64,000 bases of DNA, taken from positions 3,300 to 67,299 of the forward strand of contig JBBRSO010000003.1 in assembly GCA_038245405.1 (NCBI GenBank). Direction: 5' to 3'. Position numbers and translations under genes: made by a program. Numbering within the stretch: position 1 is the first letter of the stretch; every line of letters starts with the position of its first letter. This DNA comes from Bacteroidales bacterium. GTDB taxonomy: Bacteria; Bacteroidota; Bacteroidia; Bacteroidales; VadinHA17. The notes under the pieces are model-generated. The model did no database searches, was not told the origin of the DNA, and saw nothing but the letters and a program-made list of their open reading frames with translations. Positions 27,496-36,271 of this stretch are shown in pieces.

Positions 27496-28503
27496 TTAGT
27501 CCTTTACAATCTTAACAACTGCCGACATCCCTGATAAAATATTCATTGACGATAATTCCTTATTATTTCCCGCACTTTCAATTGATATTTTTATCGGCAC
27601 CCGCTGTGTTACTTTCGTAAAATTACCTGATGCATTGTTTGCAGGTATCAATGAAAAAACCGAAGAGGTGCTTGAACCAATCAGGTACACTTTGCCGTTG
27701 AATGTTACTCCGGGAAAGGCATCGATGGTGAATTTTGCATTCTGGTTTAAATGCACCTCTGAAATATTTGTTTCCTCAAGATATGTTACTATCCACAGGT
27801 TGTTGCTAAGCGTGAGGGTAAATATCGACTGGCTCGGCTGAACCACATCTCCCTTCATTAACCATCTCTTGGCAAGAATGCCATCAAATGGTGCATAGAG
27901 CTTTGTATTCCTGAGCTGAGCATCGAGGACTTTGGTCTGGGAATCTGTTGTTTCTACTGAAGCAGCTGCTGTAGCTATCATCGATTTTGAAACCAGAAGC
28001 TGTGATTTTCCTGCTTCCAGTTGCGCCGTAGCAGTTTCAGATGATTTTTGTATATGATCGAACTGCTCACGGGTTATAACTCCGCCTTCCAACTGACTTT
28101 TTGCCCGGTTCAAGTCCTCATTAGCCCGGTCAAGATTTATCTCAAGTACCTTCAGACTTTTCTGGTCAGAATTGTATTTTATCTGAGTCTGGCTGTAATT
28201 TGCCTGAGCCTGGGCTTTCATGGCCAGTGTTTGGTTTCTCTGAGCTATCAGATCTATACTATCAAGGTCGGCCAGGAGAGTGCCACGTGTCACTTTATCA
28301 CCTTCCTGGGCATATATTGCTGATATTCTGCCAAGTATTTTTGATCCAATGCTGACGTTGTCGGCATCTACATGTGCATCATCAGAGGTAATATACATTG
28401 AATAATCCTTGTACCAAAACCATGCACCTATTAGTACGCCAATAATGACAATCGCCAGAGGTATGTAAACTTTAAGCCGTGTGTTGTTCGATTCTTCTTT
28501 CAT
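27496..28503 (-). CDS. HlyD/EmrA-family membrane fusion protein
   Basis: 335 aa. N-terminal TM, lipoyl-like and coiled-coil segments, and a beta-barrel C-terminus. Confidence 0.85.
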   Translation of the reverse strand: MKEESNNTRLKVYIPLAIVIIGVLIGAWFWYKDYSMYITSDDAHVDADNVSIGSKILGRISAIYAQEGDKVTRGTLLADLDSIDLIAQRNQTLAMKAQAQANYSQTQIKYNSDQKSLKVLEINLDRANEDLNRAKSQLEGGVITREQFDHIQKSSETATAQLEAGKSQLLVSKSMIATAAASVETTDSQTKVLDAQLRNTKLYAPFDGILAKRWLMKGDVVQPSQSIFTLTLSNNLWIVTYLEETNISEVHLNQNAKFTIDAFPGVTFNGKVYLIGSSTSSVFSLIPANNASGNFTKVTQRVPIKISIESAGNNKELSSMNILSGMSAVVKIVKD

Positions 28504-28538
28504 AAAATTTGATCTTGATTAAATTATATCGTTATAAA

Positions 28539-29168
28539 TCAGTTTGTATTACACTTAATACCTCTGATAAAAAGACTGGTAAAAGCCAGGGTCTTCGCAA
28601 GAAGCAACTCATATTCAGACTGTTCGATAAAGAGTGTCTCTTTTCCGTTTATAAGGGATATCCTCAGGCCTTTAAGCAGATCAAGAAAAAGCGATGCCAT
28701 CTGCTCCGTATCTTTTATATCGAATATTCCGCTGGCGACGCCTTTTTCAAATATATTAATAATGATCCCCTTTTCTTTTTCTCTGAAAACCTGAATCGCT
28801 TCTGCTAATCCTGGCTTCAACCCGGAAAATGTTTCATACCTCAGTCTGCTTAAATTTAACAGAGTGCGAAAATATGATAGTCTCGCATTTGCATATTCAA
28901 TTAGTAAGTGCTCAGGTTCATGAAAGCTGGATATCCTTTCAGATATCCTGGAGACAAATTCTTCCTGCTCTTTTTCAACAACAGCTTTATATAAGCTTTC
29001 TTTATCAGGAAAGTAATAATACAAAGATGCTTTTGACAAATTAAGATCATCAGCAATTTCACGCATTGAGGTCTTTTCAACTCCAAATAATCCGAAGCGC
29101 TTTTGAGAGGCTTCAATGATAAGGTTCATTTTATCACTCTTATCAATACTATTCTTTTCAGAATCCAT
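28539..29168 (-). CDS. TetR/AcrR-family transcriptional regulator
   Basis: The HTH segment FGLFGVEKTSMREIADDLNLSKASLYYYFPDKESLY heads the efflux operon. The ATG at 29168 is preferred over the track's TTG at 29216. Confidence 0.8.
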   Translation of the reverse strand: MDSEKNSIDKSDKMNLIIEASQKRFGLFGVEKTSMREIADDLNLSKASLYYYFPDKESLYKAVVEKEQEEFVSRISERISSFHEPEHLLIEYANARLSYFRTLLNLSRLRYETFSGLKPGLAEAIQVFREKEKGIIINIFEKGVASGIFDIKDTEQMASLFLDLLKGLRISLINGKETLFIEQSEYELLLAKTLAFTSLFIRGIKCNTN

Positions 29169-29267
29169 TTTTCTTAAAAATGCAAAGATAACAACCCATC
29201 TGACTAATTTGTTCAAATGGTCAATCTGATTTGAAATATTTTTTAACTAGTGATTCCCTAAAGTAAT

Positions 29268-29378
29268 TCCCCCGCTTAGCATAGCCGCCAAGCGAAGACA
29301 TTTTAAATGAAATTTAACCAATTGTAATTCTGTACTTTACACCTTTGGTTGATGGCTATGCCCGCTTTGGTGAGGGGA
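29268..29378. repeat. inverted pair of GCATAGCC-core elements related to the tail of repeat 16401-16497
   Basis: 29274-29299 (ttagcatagccgccaagcgaagac) is nearly identical to 16472-16497 (ttagggcatagccgtcaagctaagac). An inverted, weaker copy lies at 29349-29378. Confidence 0.4.
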
Positions 29379-29503
29379 TATTTGTCAAATTATTTTGTTA
29401 AGTTGACGTAAGATTGAATAAATAGGCTAAAAAATTTCCATCTGAATTGAACTAGACGTACATTTGAATCTGACCGTATTAACTAAAACTTTAAAACAGA
29501 AAT

Positions 29504-29911
29504 ATGAAAACGATTAGAACTTTCATTTTAATTATTCTGGTGGCAGGAATTGGATTGACAGCAGTTTGTCAGAAATCTGCATCAAAAGAAAAAATCAAGA
29601 GTATAATTGTTACTGAAGAGAAATATGATATGCTCGTGAAGAAACAATTAAAAGACTCAGAAACATATTTCGATTCAAGGGGAAACGTTATTGAGTCTGT
29701 TAACTATAAGCAAGGCAAGGTTGATAAGCATTTTAAATATGAATATGATACTGACAATAATAAGATAAAAGAGGAGGAGTTTGATACTTCAGGCCGATTA
29801 AAAGAATCCTCTGAATATAAGTACGTTAATGGCTTAAGGACAGAGAAATTAGTTTATGACCCCAACAAAAAAATGAAATCAAAAAAGACATACACTTATA
29901 CTTCTTATTAA
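29504..29911 (+). CDS. small secreted protein with YD-like repeats, function unknown
   Basis: 135 aa. Signal peptide, then repeated Y-x-Y-D / G-x-hydrophobic segments (FKYEYDTDNNKIKEEEFDTSGRL). Confidence 0.5.
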   Translation: MKTIRTFILIILVAGIGLTAVCQKSASKEKIKSIIVTEEKYDMLVKKQLKDSETYFDSRGNVIESVNYKQGKVDKHFKYEYDTDNNKIKEEEFDTSGRLKESSEYKYVNGLRTEKLVYDPNKKMKSKKTYTYTSY

Positions 29912-29912
29912 T

Positions 29913-30686
29913 ATGCCGAGGTCCGATATACCAATAGTGCTTAATTCATTTTCTCCGATCAGCCTGTTTGAAATGGATGAGGTAAAGCTCATGAACAGGG
30001 TCGAGATCAAATATGTGTTTTCATCAGGGAAGCTGCCTGTTCTTCTCGATCTTCTGTCGAAGAGTTATCATGTGCTCGAGATAGAAGAAGCAAGAGATTT
30101 TTTATATCATACAACTTATCTCGATACTCCTGATTACCTGCTCTTCAACCTTCAAGTGAGAGGAAAGCTAAACCGGCATAAAGTAAGATACCGGCGCTAT
30201 GAAGCATCGGGATTAACTTTTCTGGAAATAAAAAAAAAGACAAACAAGAACAGAACAATAAAATGGCGCATAGAGAATAGATTATCCGGAACATTCGACA
30301 ATGCTGCATCAACTTTTTTAAAGGACTATTTTCCACACAATACCAGCGATTTACAACCTTCACTTATAAATCGGTTTTCAAGGATTACACTGGTTGGCAA
30401 GGAATTTCAGGAAAGGATAACTCTTGATTCTAATCTCAGTTTCAGTAGTCCCGATGGAAAAAATATTGAACTTCCATATCTTGCTGTAGCAGAAATAAAA
30501 AGAGGTCGACATAGTGGAGTGTCTCCGATCGGAAGTATCATGAAAGAGATGGGTATTCAGCCTAACCGGTTCAGCAAATATAGCATGGGCAGTTCACTCA
30601 TAAGGAAAATGCCCCGCACTAATACTCTCAAATCAAATATCCTTCTTATAAATAAAATCGAAAATGAATTCAATGAATCTACTTGA
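29913..30686 (+). CDS. VTC-domain (polyphosphate-polymerase-like, triphosphate tunnel fold) protein
   Basis: 257 aa. The pattern VEIKYVF...LEIKKK...AEIK of alternating basic/acidic beta-strands is typical of bacterial VTC-domain proteins. Confidence 0.65.
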   Translation: MPRSDIPIVLNSFSPISLFEMDEVKLMNRVEIKYVFSSGKLPVLLDLLSKSYHVLEIEEARDFLYHTTYLDTPDYLLFNLQVRGKLNRHKVRYRRYEASGLTFLEIKKKTNKNRTIKWRIENRLSGTFDNAASTFLKDYFPHNTSDLQPSLINRFSRITLVGKEFQERITLDSNLSFSSPDGKNIELPYLAVAEIKRGRHSGVSPIGSIMKEMGIQPNRFSKYSMGSSLIRKMPRTNTLKSNILLINKIENEFNEST

Positions 30687-31365
30687 CCCTGACCAGATTA
30701 GCGTGGCTGGCATACAACTATTTGATCTTCCAAGTTTTCTGGTTCTTGTCGGTCGATTTACGCTTAATATGATCGTCATCCTGATTCTGGTCAGATGGTT
30801 ATATTATTCTACAACCAGAAGGAAAGACTATCTGTTTACTTATATTCTAATATCAAGTGTAATATTTCTGTTATGCTACCTATTGGCAAGCGTAAAACTT
30901 CAGATTGGATTTGCACTCGGTTTATTTGCGATCTTCGGCATAATAAGATACAGAACAAGTTCCATACCCATAAAAGAAATGACTTATCTGTTTCTTATAA
31001 TCGGAGTCTCAATTATAAATTCACTTGCAGACACAAAAACCAGTGTGGCAGACGTGCTTTTTACAAACTTTGTGATAGTTGCTATTACTTTTTGCATGGA
31101 AAAAATATGGTTGAAGAAAAATGAGTTGTCAAAGATTATCACTTATGAAAAAATCGAGCTGATCAAACCTGAGAATATCCAACATCTCATAAAAGATCTC
31201 GAGGAAAGAACCGGAATTAAAAAAATAAACAGAGTCGAAATAGGAAAAATAGATTTCCTGAAAGATACCTGCAGATTACAGATATTTTTTAATGTTACGG
31301 GTAATCAATTGAATAATTTTACCCGGGCTGAAATAGTTAAAGAAAATGATGATGATGACGACTAG
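30664..31365 (+). CDS. DUF4956-like membrane protein
   Basis: 233 aa, 4-5 TM helices then a soluble tail. This is the usual partner of bacterial VTC-domain genes. Overlaps the VTC gene by 23 nt. Confidence 0.55.
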   Translation: MNSMNLLDPDQISVAGIQLFDLPSFLVLVGRFTLNMIVILILVRWLYYSTTRRKDYLFTYILISSVIFLLCYLLASVKLQIGFALGLFAIFGIIRYRTSSIPIKEMTYLFLIIGVSIINSLADTKTSVADVLFTNFVIVAITFCMEKIWLKKNELSKIITYEKIELIKPENIQHLIKDLEERTGIKKINRVEIGKIDFLKDTCRLQIFFNVTGNQLNNFTRAEIVKENDDDDD

Positions 31366-32026
31366 GAGAATCTATGTACTGACAGTTACTTTCTTACTTT
31401 CCGTAGCGGCTGTTGCGCAGGATAAGGATTTTGGCATATGGTATGGAGTATCAGGCGAGCATAAGATTAATAAAAAGCTGGAGCTGAATGTTTCAACTGA
31501 GGTGAAAACTTTCAGAAATGCCTCAAAAATTGAAGAAGCGTTTATAGAGGGTGGGCTCGGTTATAATTTCAATAAATATTTTGCAGCTGACGGTTCTTAC
31601 AGACTTTCAAAATGCATTGAGGATAATAATTCCTATTACTTCCGTCATAAATTCTATTTAGATTTCAAAGGAAGCCTCCCCGTGGGTAATTTTTCATTCT
31701 CGGCTCGCTTAAGATTCCAGACACAAACTAAAACATTTATTAAAAACGATCGGGATAAACAACCCGATTATACAGGGAGAATAAAGCTGAAGGCAGTTTA
31801 TAAAACACCTGTTTTTCCTGTCAATCCTTATGTATATGCTGAAGCATTCAGCCCGATGTTCTCAGACAAGACAAGAACCATTGAAAAAATAAGATATTCA
31901 GCAGGTCTGGAATTTAAGATTGTGAAAAATCATTCCGTGGAACTTGGCTATATCTTCCAGCGCGATTATCTGCCGCATGTTTCAGACATGAGCATTGCAT
32001 CGGTTAATTACAATATAAAATTTTAG
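31346..32026 (+). CDS. DUF2490-like outer-membrane beta-barrel protein
   Basis: 226 aa. Signal peptide, alternating-hydrophobicity beta-strands and a C-terminal aromatic residue (...NYNIKF). Overlaps the DUF4956 gene by 20 nt. Confidence 0.5.
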   Translation: MMMMTTRRIYVLTVTFLLSVAAVAQDKDFGIWYGVSGEHKINKKLELNVSTEVKTFRNASKIEEAFIEGGLGYNFNKYFAADGSYRLSKCIEDNNSYYFRHKFYLDFKGSLPVGNFSFSARLRFQTQTKTFIKNDRDKQPDYTGRIKLKAVYKTPVFPVNPYVYAEAFSPMFSDKTRTIEKIRYSAGLEFKIVKNHSVELGYIFQRDYLPHVSDMSIASVNYNIKF

Positions 32027-32119
32027 TATCGCATCTTCCTTAGGATGATATTTTTCAGAACACAGAAAAATCTTATTGCTGTAGGGAAAAAGTAACCCTC
32101 GTGCTTTTCTCCATGCAAT

Positions 32120-35100
32120 TTATTCCTTCTTCAGACTCCCAATCAATGAGATCCTGGTTATTGGCCGAAGCGCCAGATAAAGAGCCAGGATCCCTGCAAA
32201 CATTATAGCTGCAATCATACCCAACATCAATAGCCATGGAATATCCTGATATTGCTTAATTGATGGCAATGAACCTACCAGTGCCGAAATGAAGCCAGTA
32301 GATATTCCGGCTATGAGTATCATCAGCTGTTCGGAAAAAATCATTCTTTTTATCATATTAACTGAAAAGCCAACCGCCAGCATAAGTGAAAACTCCTGTT
32401 TACGTTGATTGTAATTCTTCAGAAGAACAAAACCCAATCCTGCAATTCCAATGATCATACCCAGAGCTCCAAGAACAGCAAATACCGAAAGGTAGGTGTT
32501 CGTCACTTCATAAAAGGATTCGAGCCGGTGGCTGGTAGTTTCAATAATTACACCGTTGTTTTCAAACCTGTCGTTTAGAGTTGCCATATATTTATCCGAA
32601 AGATCCTTGTTTCCATCGACAAGGAGAACAGAGCTTCCTGAAGTGGTTGGAAAATACTTTGAAAAATTGCTTAATCCTATAATTACATTTCCCTGAAATA
32701 CAGAGGAATGTAATCCTCCGGCAATGATGATTTTTAATGGAGCTCCATTCTCAGCCTTCATGATCAATGTATCACCTGCTTTTAATTTCAGGTTCCATTC
32801 AAGAACAGCCTGATCTGCAATTCCGTATATAATATTTTTGCCTGGCGTCATTTTCAAATATTGCCAGGGATTGGATACACTGTCTGATTTCAGTATAGCA
32901 GAAAATGAAAAGGACTTGCGTTGTATAAAATCGTCCGGGGCTATACCCAGCAATGGAGGAACTTTTACATGGTTAAGATTGAGACAACTGGCATCATTCC
33001 CTGCGAGTCTCTTAATCTGAACAAACCGGATCTCCTTCATATCGTCATCATCCAGACCGAATGATTGTCTGCCTGCTAACGAGTTCAGATCCTCCTTCAC
33101 AGGAATTGTGTTTTCACACCATAATAGATATCCTCCGGTGCCTCCGGACCGGCTGTCATTAATCCCGCTGAAGTTTTGCCTGTTCGCTCCAAGAATAAAA
33201 ACAATAAAAATCCCTGCTGCAATAAAAAGTACAGGTGATATAGCTGAAGATGGATAAACAGAGTAATAAATTCCTGAAAACTGTTTTCTGTTTTTCAAAC
33301 ATCCGCCAACTCTGCGTTTCCTGAGATAATACTGTCTCCACGATATTACCAGTGTTAACAACAAAAATGTACCTGTGATAAATGAGTACGCGAGCTTGTC
33401 TTCAGTAAATAGATATAGTAAAAACGATGAAAATGTTATGATGAGAAGGAGCAGAAGAAGAATCAGATTTATTCGTTGCGAAGGAAGCTTTTGAAAGGAT
33501 TTTCTGCCGGTACTGAGCACTTTAAGATATCGTATGGTCTTCACCAGCATTAGGACCATTATTGTTATAAAAGTCATTATGAAACCTAAGGTCACCGGTA
33601 TTATACTGAAGAATGGATTCAGTGTATTTGTCTGTACTGCCCCTGTCCAGATAGTATTGAGCGCCCTTGTAATAATAATGTCAATGCCATACCCTGCAAA
33701 AGCTCCTGTTAAGCATCCTAACAGACTGATCAGTGCTATTTCAGATAATAAAAATCCCTGGATCCACCTGTTTGAAAATCCCAGAGCAAATAATGTCCTG
33801 ACCTGACTCTTTTTAGTTTCAAAATAGGAGGATGAAGCAAATGAAAGCAACACCATAGAAGCCAGGATAATAAAAAAACCGAGACTTATAAACAAACTTC
33901 CGAAATCAACACTCTTTTCAGCTGCATTTTTCGATTCATTTGTTAGATCAATAACACTGAATCCAATTTTAAATGGATCGAAATATCCATTAAGCATTTC
34001 TTTTATATGCTGTTCCGTAGTTCCTGCAGGAAAACGCATTGCAGTAGCCGGACCAAAACTATTACCCCATATTTTTTTCCCGGTATCATAGTTTATAAAG
34101 GCTTTAGGAGTACCCCTGTACTTATTCCAGTAATCTTCATCTTTTGGCCTTATCTCTTTCATTTTTATCGGCAGTCCTGCATCCCATTCGGAGCATGATT
34201 TTTTTCCTGCAATTCCGGGGAATGCAGGCATCAAAAGAGAATCCGACCAAATGCCGTCCATTCCGACAATTTGCGACACAATGAATTTGCCCTTCTTTTC
34301 AACCAGTTTATTTAATGAATCAATTGAATACCAGTACAAAAGTATTGAATCGCCAGGGGAAGCATCAAGATCACGGGCCATCCATTGGTTTATTATCATT
34401 CCTTCACCAATCTCAGGGTATAATGTTGGAGGTAAGGCTGAAATAAATGAATATGGAGTAACCTTTACGCCATCTATAAAGCGGTTTCCAAGATATGTCA
34501 TGAGAGGAGCAGCGGCTGGTAAACGTTTTTTTATAATATCGACGATTTCTTCATCTATAAAAATCCGATCGGATGAAATCTCATATTCACCCGTTTTTTT
34601 TATATACCTCAGATTTAATCCGACATCAGTGAATCTCAGAGATTTCTGTAATACTTCCGAAATTCCGGCTGCTGAACTTTTGCTATCCCTGTTTATCAGT
34701 ATCCTGTTTAGTTTTATTGGCTTGTCATGATCCTCTTCAATATCTGCCAGATTAATAAAAATGTTCATTGGCGTAATCTGACTAATTGAAAGTGAAAAAT
34801 TCCCGCCTTCCGTTGAACCGAGTATTTTTTCGACTTTAACTACCACAGACTTTGATAGACCTTCTGATGGTGCAAATGGCGCATCTCCTGGAATATCGCT
34901 TATCTCAGTAAAACGAATAATAAGCTCATCGCCTTCAACGATATCAAGATATTCTGACAGTTTCTTATTAATAGCTACTTCTCCCGGCTTCAGGCTAAAA
35001 CTATCCTGACCCTGAAATTTAAAAAAATCATCATTTATTCCGTTTATATGAACATTAAACGCCCCTTTCTGTGAGGTAAGACTCTGGCAATAGCCCTGAA

Positions 35101-35371
35101 GATCCAGCATGCCTGTACAGGATAAATTGCTGCTATCATTCAGTCTCTCAGGAAGATCAGAAGTAAAGTACCGTATGCCGGAACTAATCAGAATACCGGT
35201 GTTCCCCAGGCGCTCTGCGGATGATTTTTTAAGACTCTCTTTTACAGAGCTTCCTACAAGCAATGAACCTGTTATAACTGCTGAGAGGATCAATATTATA
35301 AGAAACTGAAACATTGCAGGCTTCTTATAAAAATATATTGATCTGAGGATTAAATGGAGTTTGTTCTGCAT
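32120..35371 (-). CDS. very large FtsX-family ABC permease (duplicated FtsX modules, large extracytoplasmic domains)
   Basis: 1083 aa. TM clusters at the N-terminus, in the middle and at the C-terminus, separated by two long soluble regions. It follows its ATPase gene after 9 nt. Confidence 0.8.
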   Translation of the reverse strand: MQNKLHLILRSIYFYKKPAMFQFLIILILSAVITGSLLVGSSVKESLKKSSAERLGNTGILISSGIRYFTSDLPERLNDSSNLSCTGMLDLQGYCQSLTSQKGAFNVHINGINDDFFKFQGQDSFSLKPGEVAINKKLSEYLDIVEGDELIIRFTEISDIPGDAPFAPSEGLSKSVVVKVEKILGSTEGGNFSLSISQITPMNIFINLADIEEDHDKPIKLNRILINRDSKSSAAGISEVLQKSLRFTDVGLNLRYIKKTGEYEISSDRIFIDEEIVDIIKKRLPAAAPLMTYLGNRFIDGVKVTPYSFISALPPTLYPEIGEGMIINQWMARDLDASPGDSILLYWYSIDSLNKLVEKKGKFIVSQIVGMDGIWSDSLLMPAFPGIAGKKSCSEWDAGLPIKMKEIRPKDEDYWNKYRGTPKAFINYDTGKKIWGNSFGPATAMRFPAGTTEQHIKEMLNGYFDPFKIGFSVIDLTNESKNAAEKSVDFGSLFISLGFFIILASMVLLSFASSSYFETKKSQVRTLFALGFSNRWIQGFLLSEIALISLLGCLTGAFAGYGIDIIITRALNTIWTGAVQTNTLNPFFSIIPVTLGFIMTFITIMVLMLVKTIRYLKVLSTGRKSFQKLPSQRINLILLLLLLIITFSSFLLYLFTEDKLAYSFITGTFLLLTLVISWRQYYLRKRRVGGCLKNRKQFSGIYYSVYPSSAISPVLFIAAGIFIVFILGANRQNFSGINDSRSGGTGGYLLWCENTIPVKEDLNSLAGRQSFGLDDDDMKEIRFVQIKRLAGNDASCLNLNHVKVPPLLGIAPDDFIQRKSFSFSAILKSDSVSNPWQYLKMTPGKNIIYGIADQAVLEWNLKLKAGDTLIMKAENGAPLKIIIAGGLHSSVFQGNVIIGLSNFSKYFPTTSGSSVLLVDGNKDLSDKYMATLNDRFENNGVIIETTSHRLESFYEVTNTYLSVFAVLGALGMIIGIAGLGFVLLKNYNQRKQEFSLMLAVGFSVNMIKRMIFSEQLMILIAGISTGFISALVGSLPSIKQYQDIPWLLMLGMIAAIMFAGILALYLALRPITRISLIGSLKKE

Positions 35372-35380
35372 CTGTATCGA

Positions 35381-36046
35381 TCAGATTAATAATTTTCCTG
35401 CTTCGAGCCGTAATCTTTTTGACATTTTCGATGCCAGGTCAACGGAATGAGTTGCAAGGATAATTGTGATTCCAAGATCCTTATTAATCTCAAGAAGCAG
35501 CTCTCCCAGTATTTCTGCATTTTTTGAATCAAGTGAGCCTGTCGGTTCATCGGCCAGAATAATTGAAGGCTTGTTGATAAGAGCTCTCACAACAGCTACA
35601 CGTTGCGCTTCACCGCCTGATATTTGATAAGGATACTTGTCTTTGAGCTCAAGGATTCCGGTTTTTCTCATCATCAATTCCGCATGGTGTTCCTTTGAAG
35701 TTCTGTCACCTCCTTCATTATTTGAAGCAAGCATCGGAAGATAGATATTCTCAATTACTGTCAGGTATGGCATGAGCAGATGATCCTGGAAAACAAAACC
35801 GATATTACGGTTTCGGTATTCAGCAGATTTCTTTTCTGAAAATCCGGCTAACGATTCATTTCTGAATTGGATCTCGCCGCTATCGGGTTTGTCGAGAAGC
35901 CCTATGATGTTCATAAGAGTTGTCTTCCCGGAACCAGACGGCCCCATGATAGCGATTGTTTCTCCTTCACTCACATCAAGCGAAAGCTTGTCGAGGACAA
36001 CTCCCCGCTGCAGGTGCGACTTTGAGATCTCTTTTATTGAGAGCAT
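35381..36046 (-). CDS. ABC transporter ATP-binding protein (LolD/MacB type)
   Basis: 221 aa. Walker A GPSGSGKTT, signature ISGGEAQRVAVVRAL and Walker B IILADEPT. Confidence 0.9.
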   Translation of the reverse strand: MLSIKEISKSHLQRGVVLDKLSLDVSEGETIAIMGPSGSGKTTLMNIIGLLDKPDSGEIQFRNESLAGFSEKKSAEYRNRNIGFVFQDHLLMPYLTVIENIYLPMLASNNEGGDRTSKEHHAELMMRKTGILELKDKYPYQISGGEAQRVAVVRALINKPSIILADEPTGSLDSKNAEILGELLLEINKDLGITIILATHSVDLASKMSKRLRLEAGKLLI

Positions 36047-36050
36047 TTTG

Positions 36051-36090
36051 TATTGAAATATATTGAAATAAGTTGAAATAATGTTAAATC
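36051..36090 (-). promoter_or_regulatory. 10-bp tandem array abutting the ABC ATPase start codon
   Basis: Plus strand: tattgaaata tattgaaata agttgaaata atgttaaatc. On the coding strand this is TATTTCAA(T/C)(A/T) three times, ending 4 nt before the ATG. Function unknown. Confidence 0.3.
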
Positions 36091-36187
36091 GTTCTAACAG
36101 TGCTAATCGAAGTTTTCAAACTGCGATTGTTCTTGTACGACGAAGTCCGAAGATTTCGTCGAGCCCGCAGCTTAGTATTGGTTAAAC

Positions 36188-36271
36188 TTTCCCCTCCTTT
36201 TTTTAAGGAGGGGTGGCCCGGAAAACAAATTTTATTTCATCCGGTAAGCCTATCTCCGGGACGGGGTGGTC
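36188..36271 (+). repeat. ~85-bp structured element, copy 3
   Basis: tttcccctcctttttttaaggaggggtggcccgg...ccgggacggggtggtc. Same family as 16538-16622. It abuts the stop codon of the GT4 gene. Confidence 0.55.

Noticed and set aside
29268-29378. Inverted repeat upstream of the TetR gene as its operator
   Set aside because: The arms (GCATAGCC cores) are about 60 bp apart, and one arm is nearly identical to part of the dispersed repeat at 16472-16497. It is better explained as another repeat-family insertion, although a true short operator elsewhere in 29169-29503 cannot be excluded.
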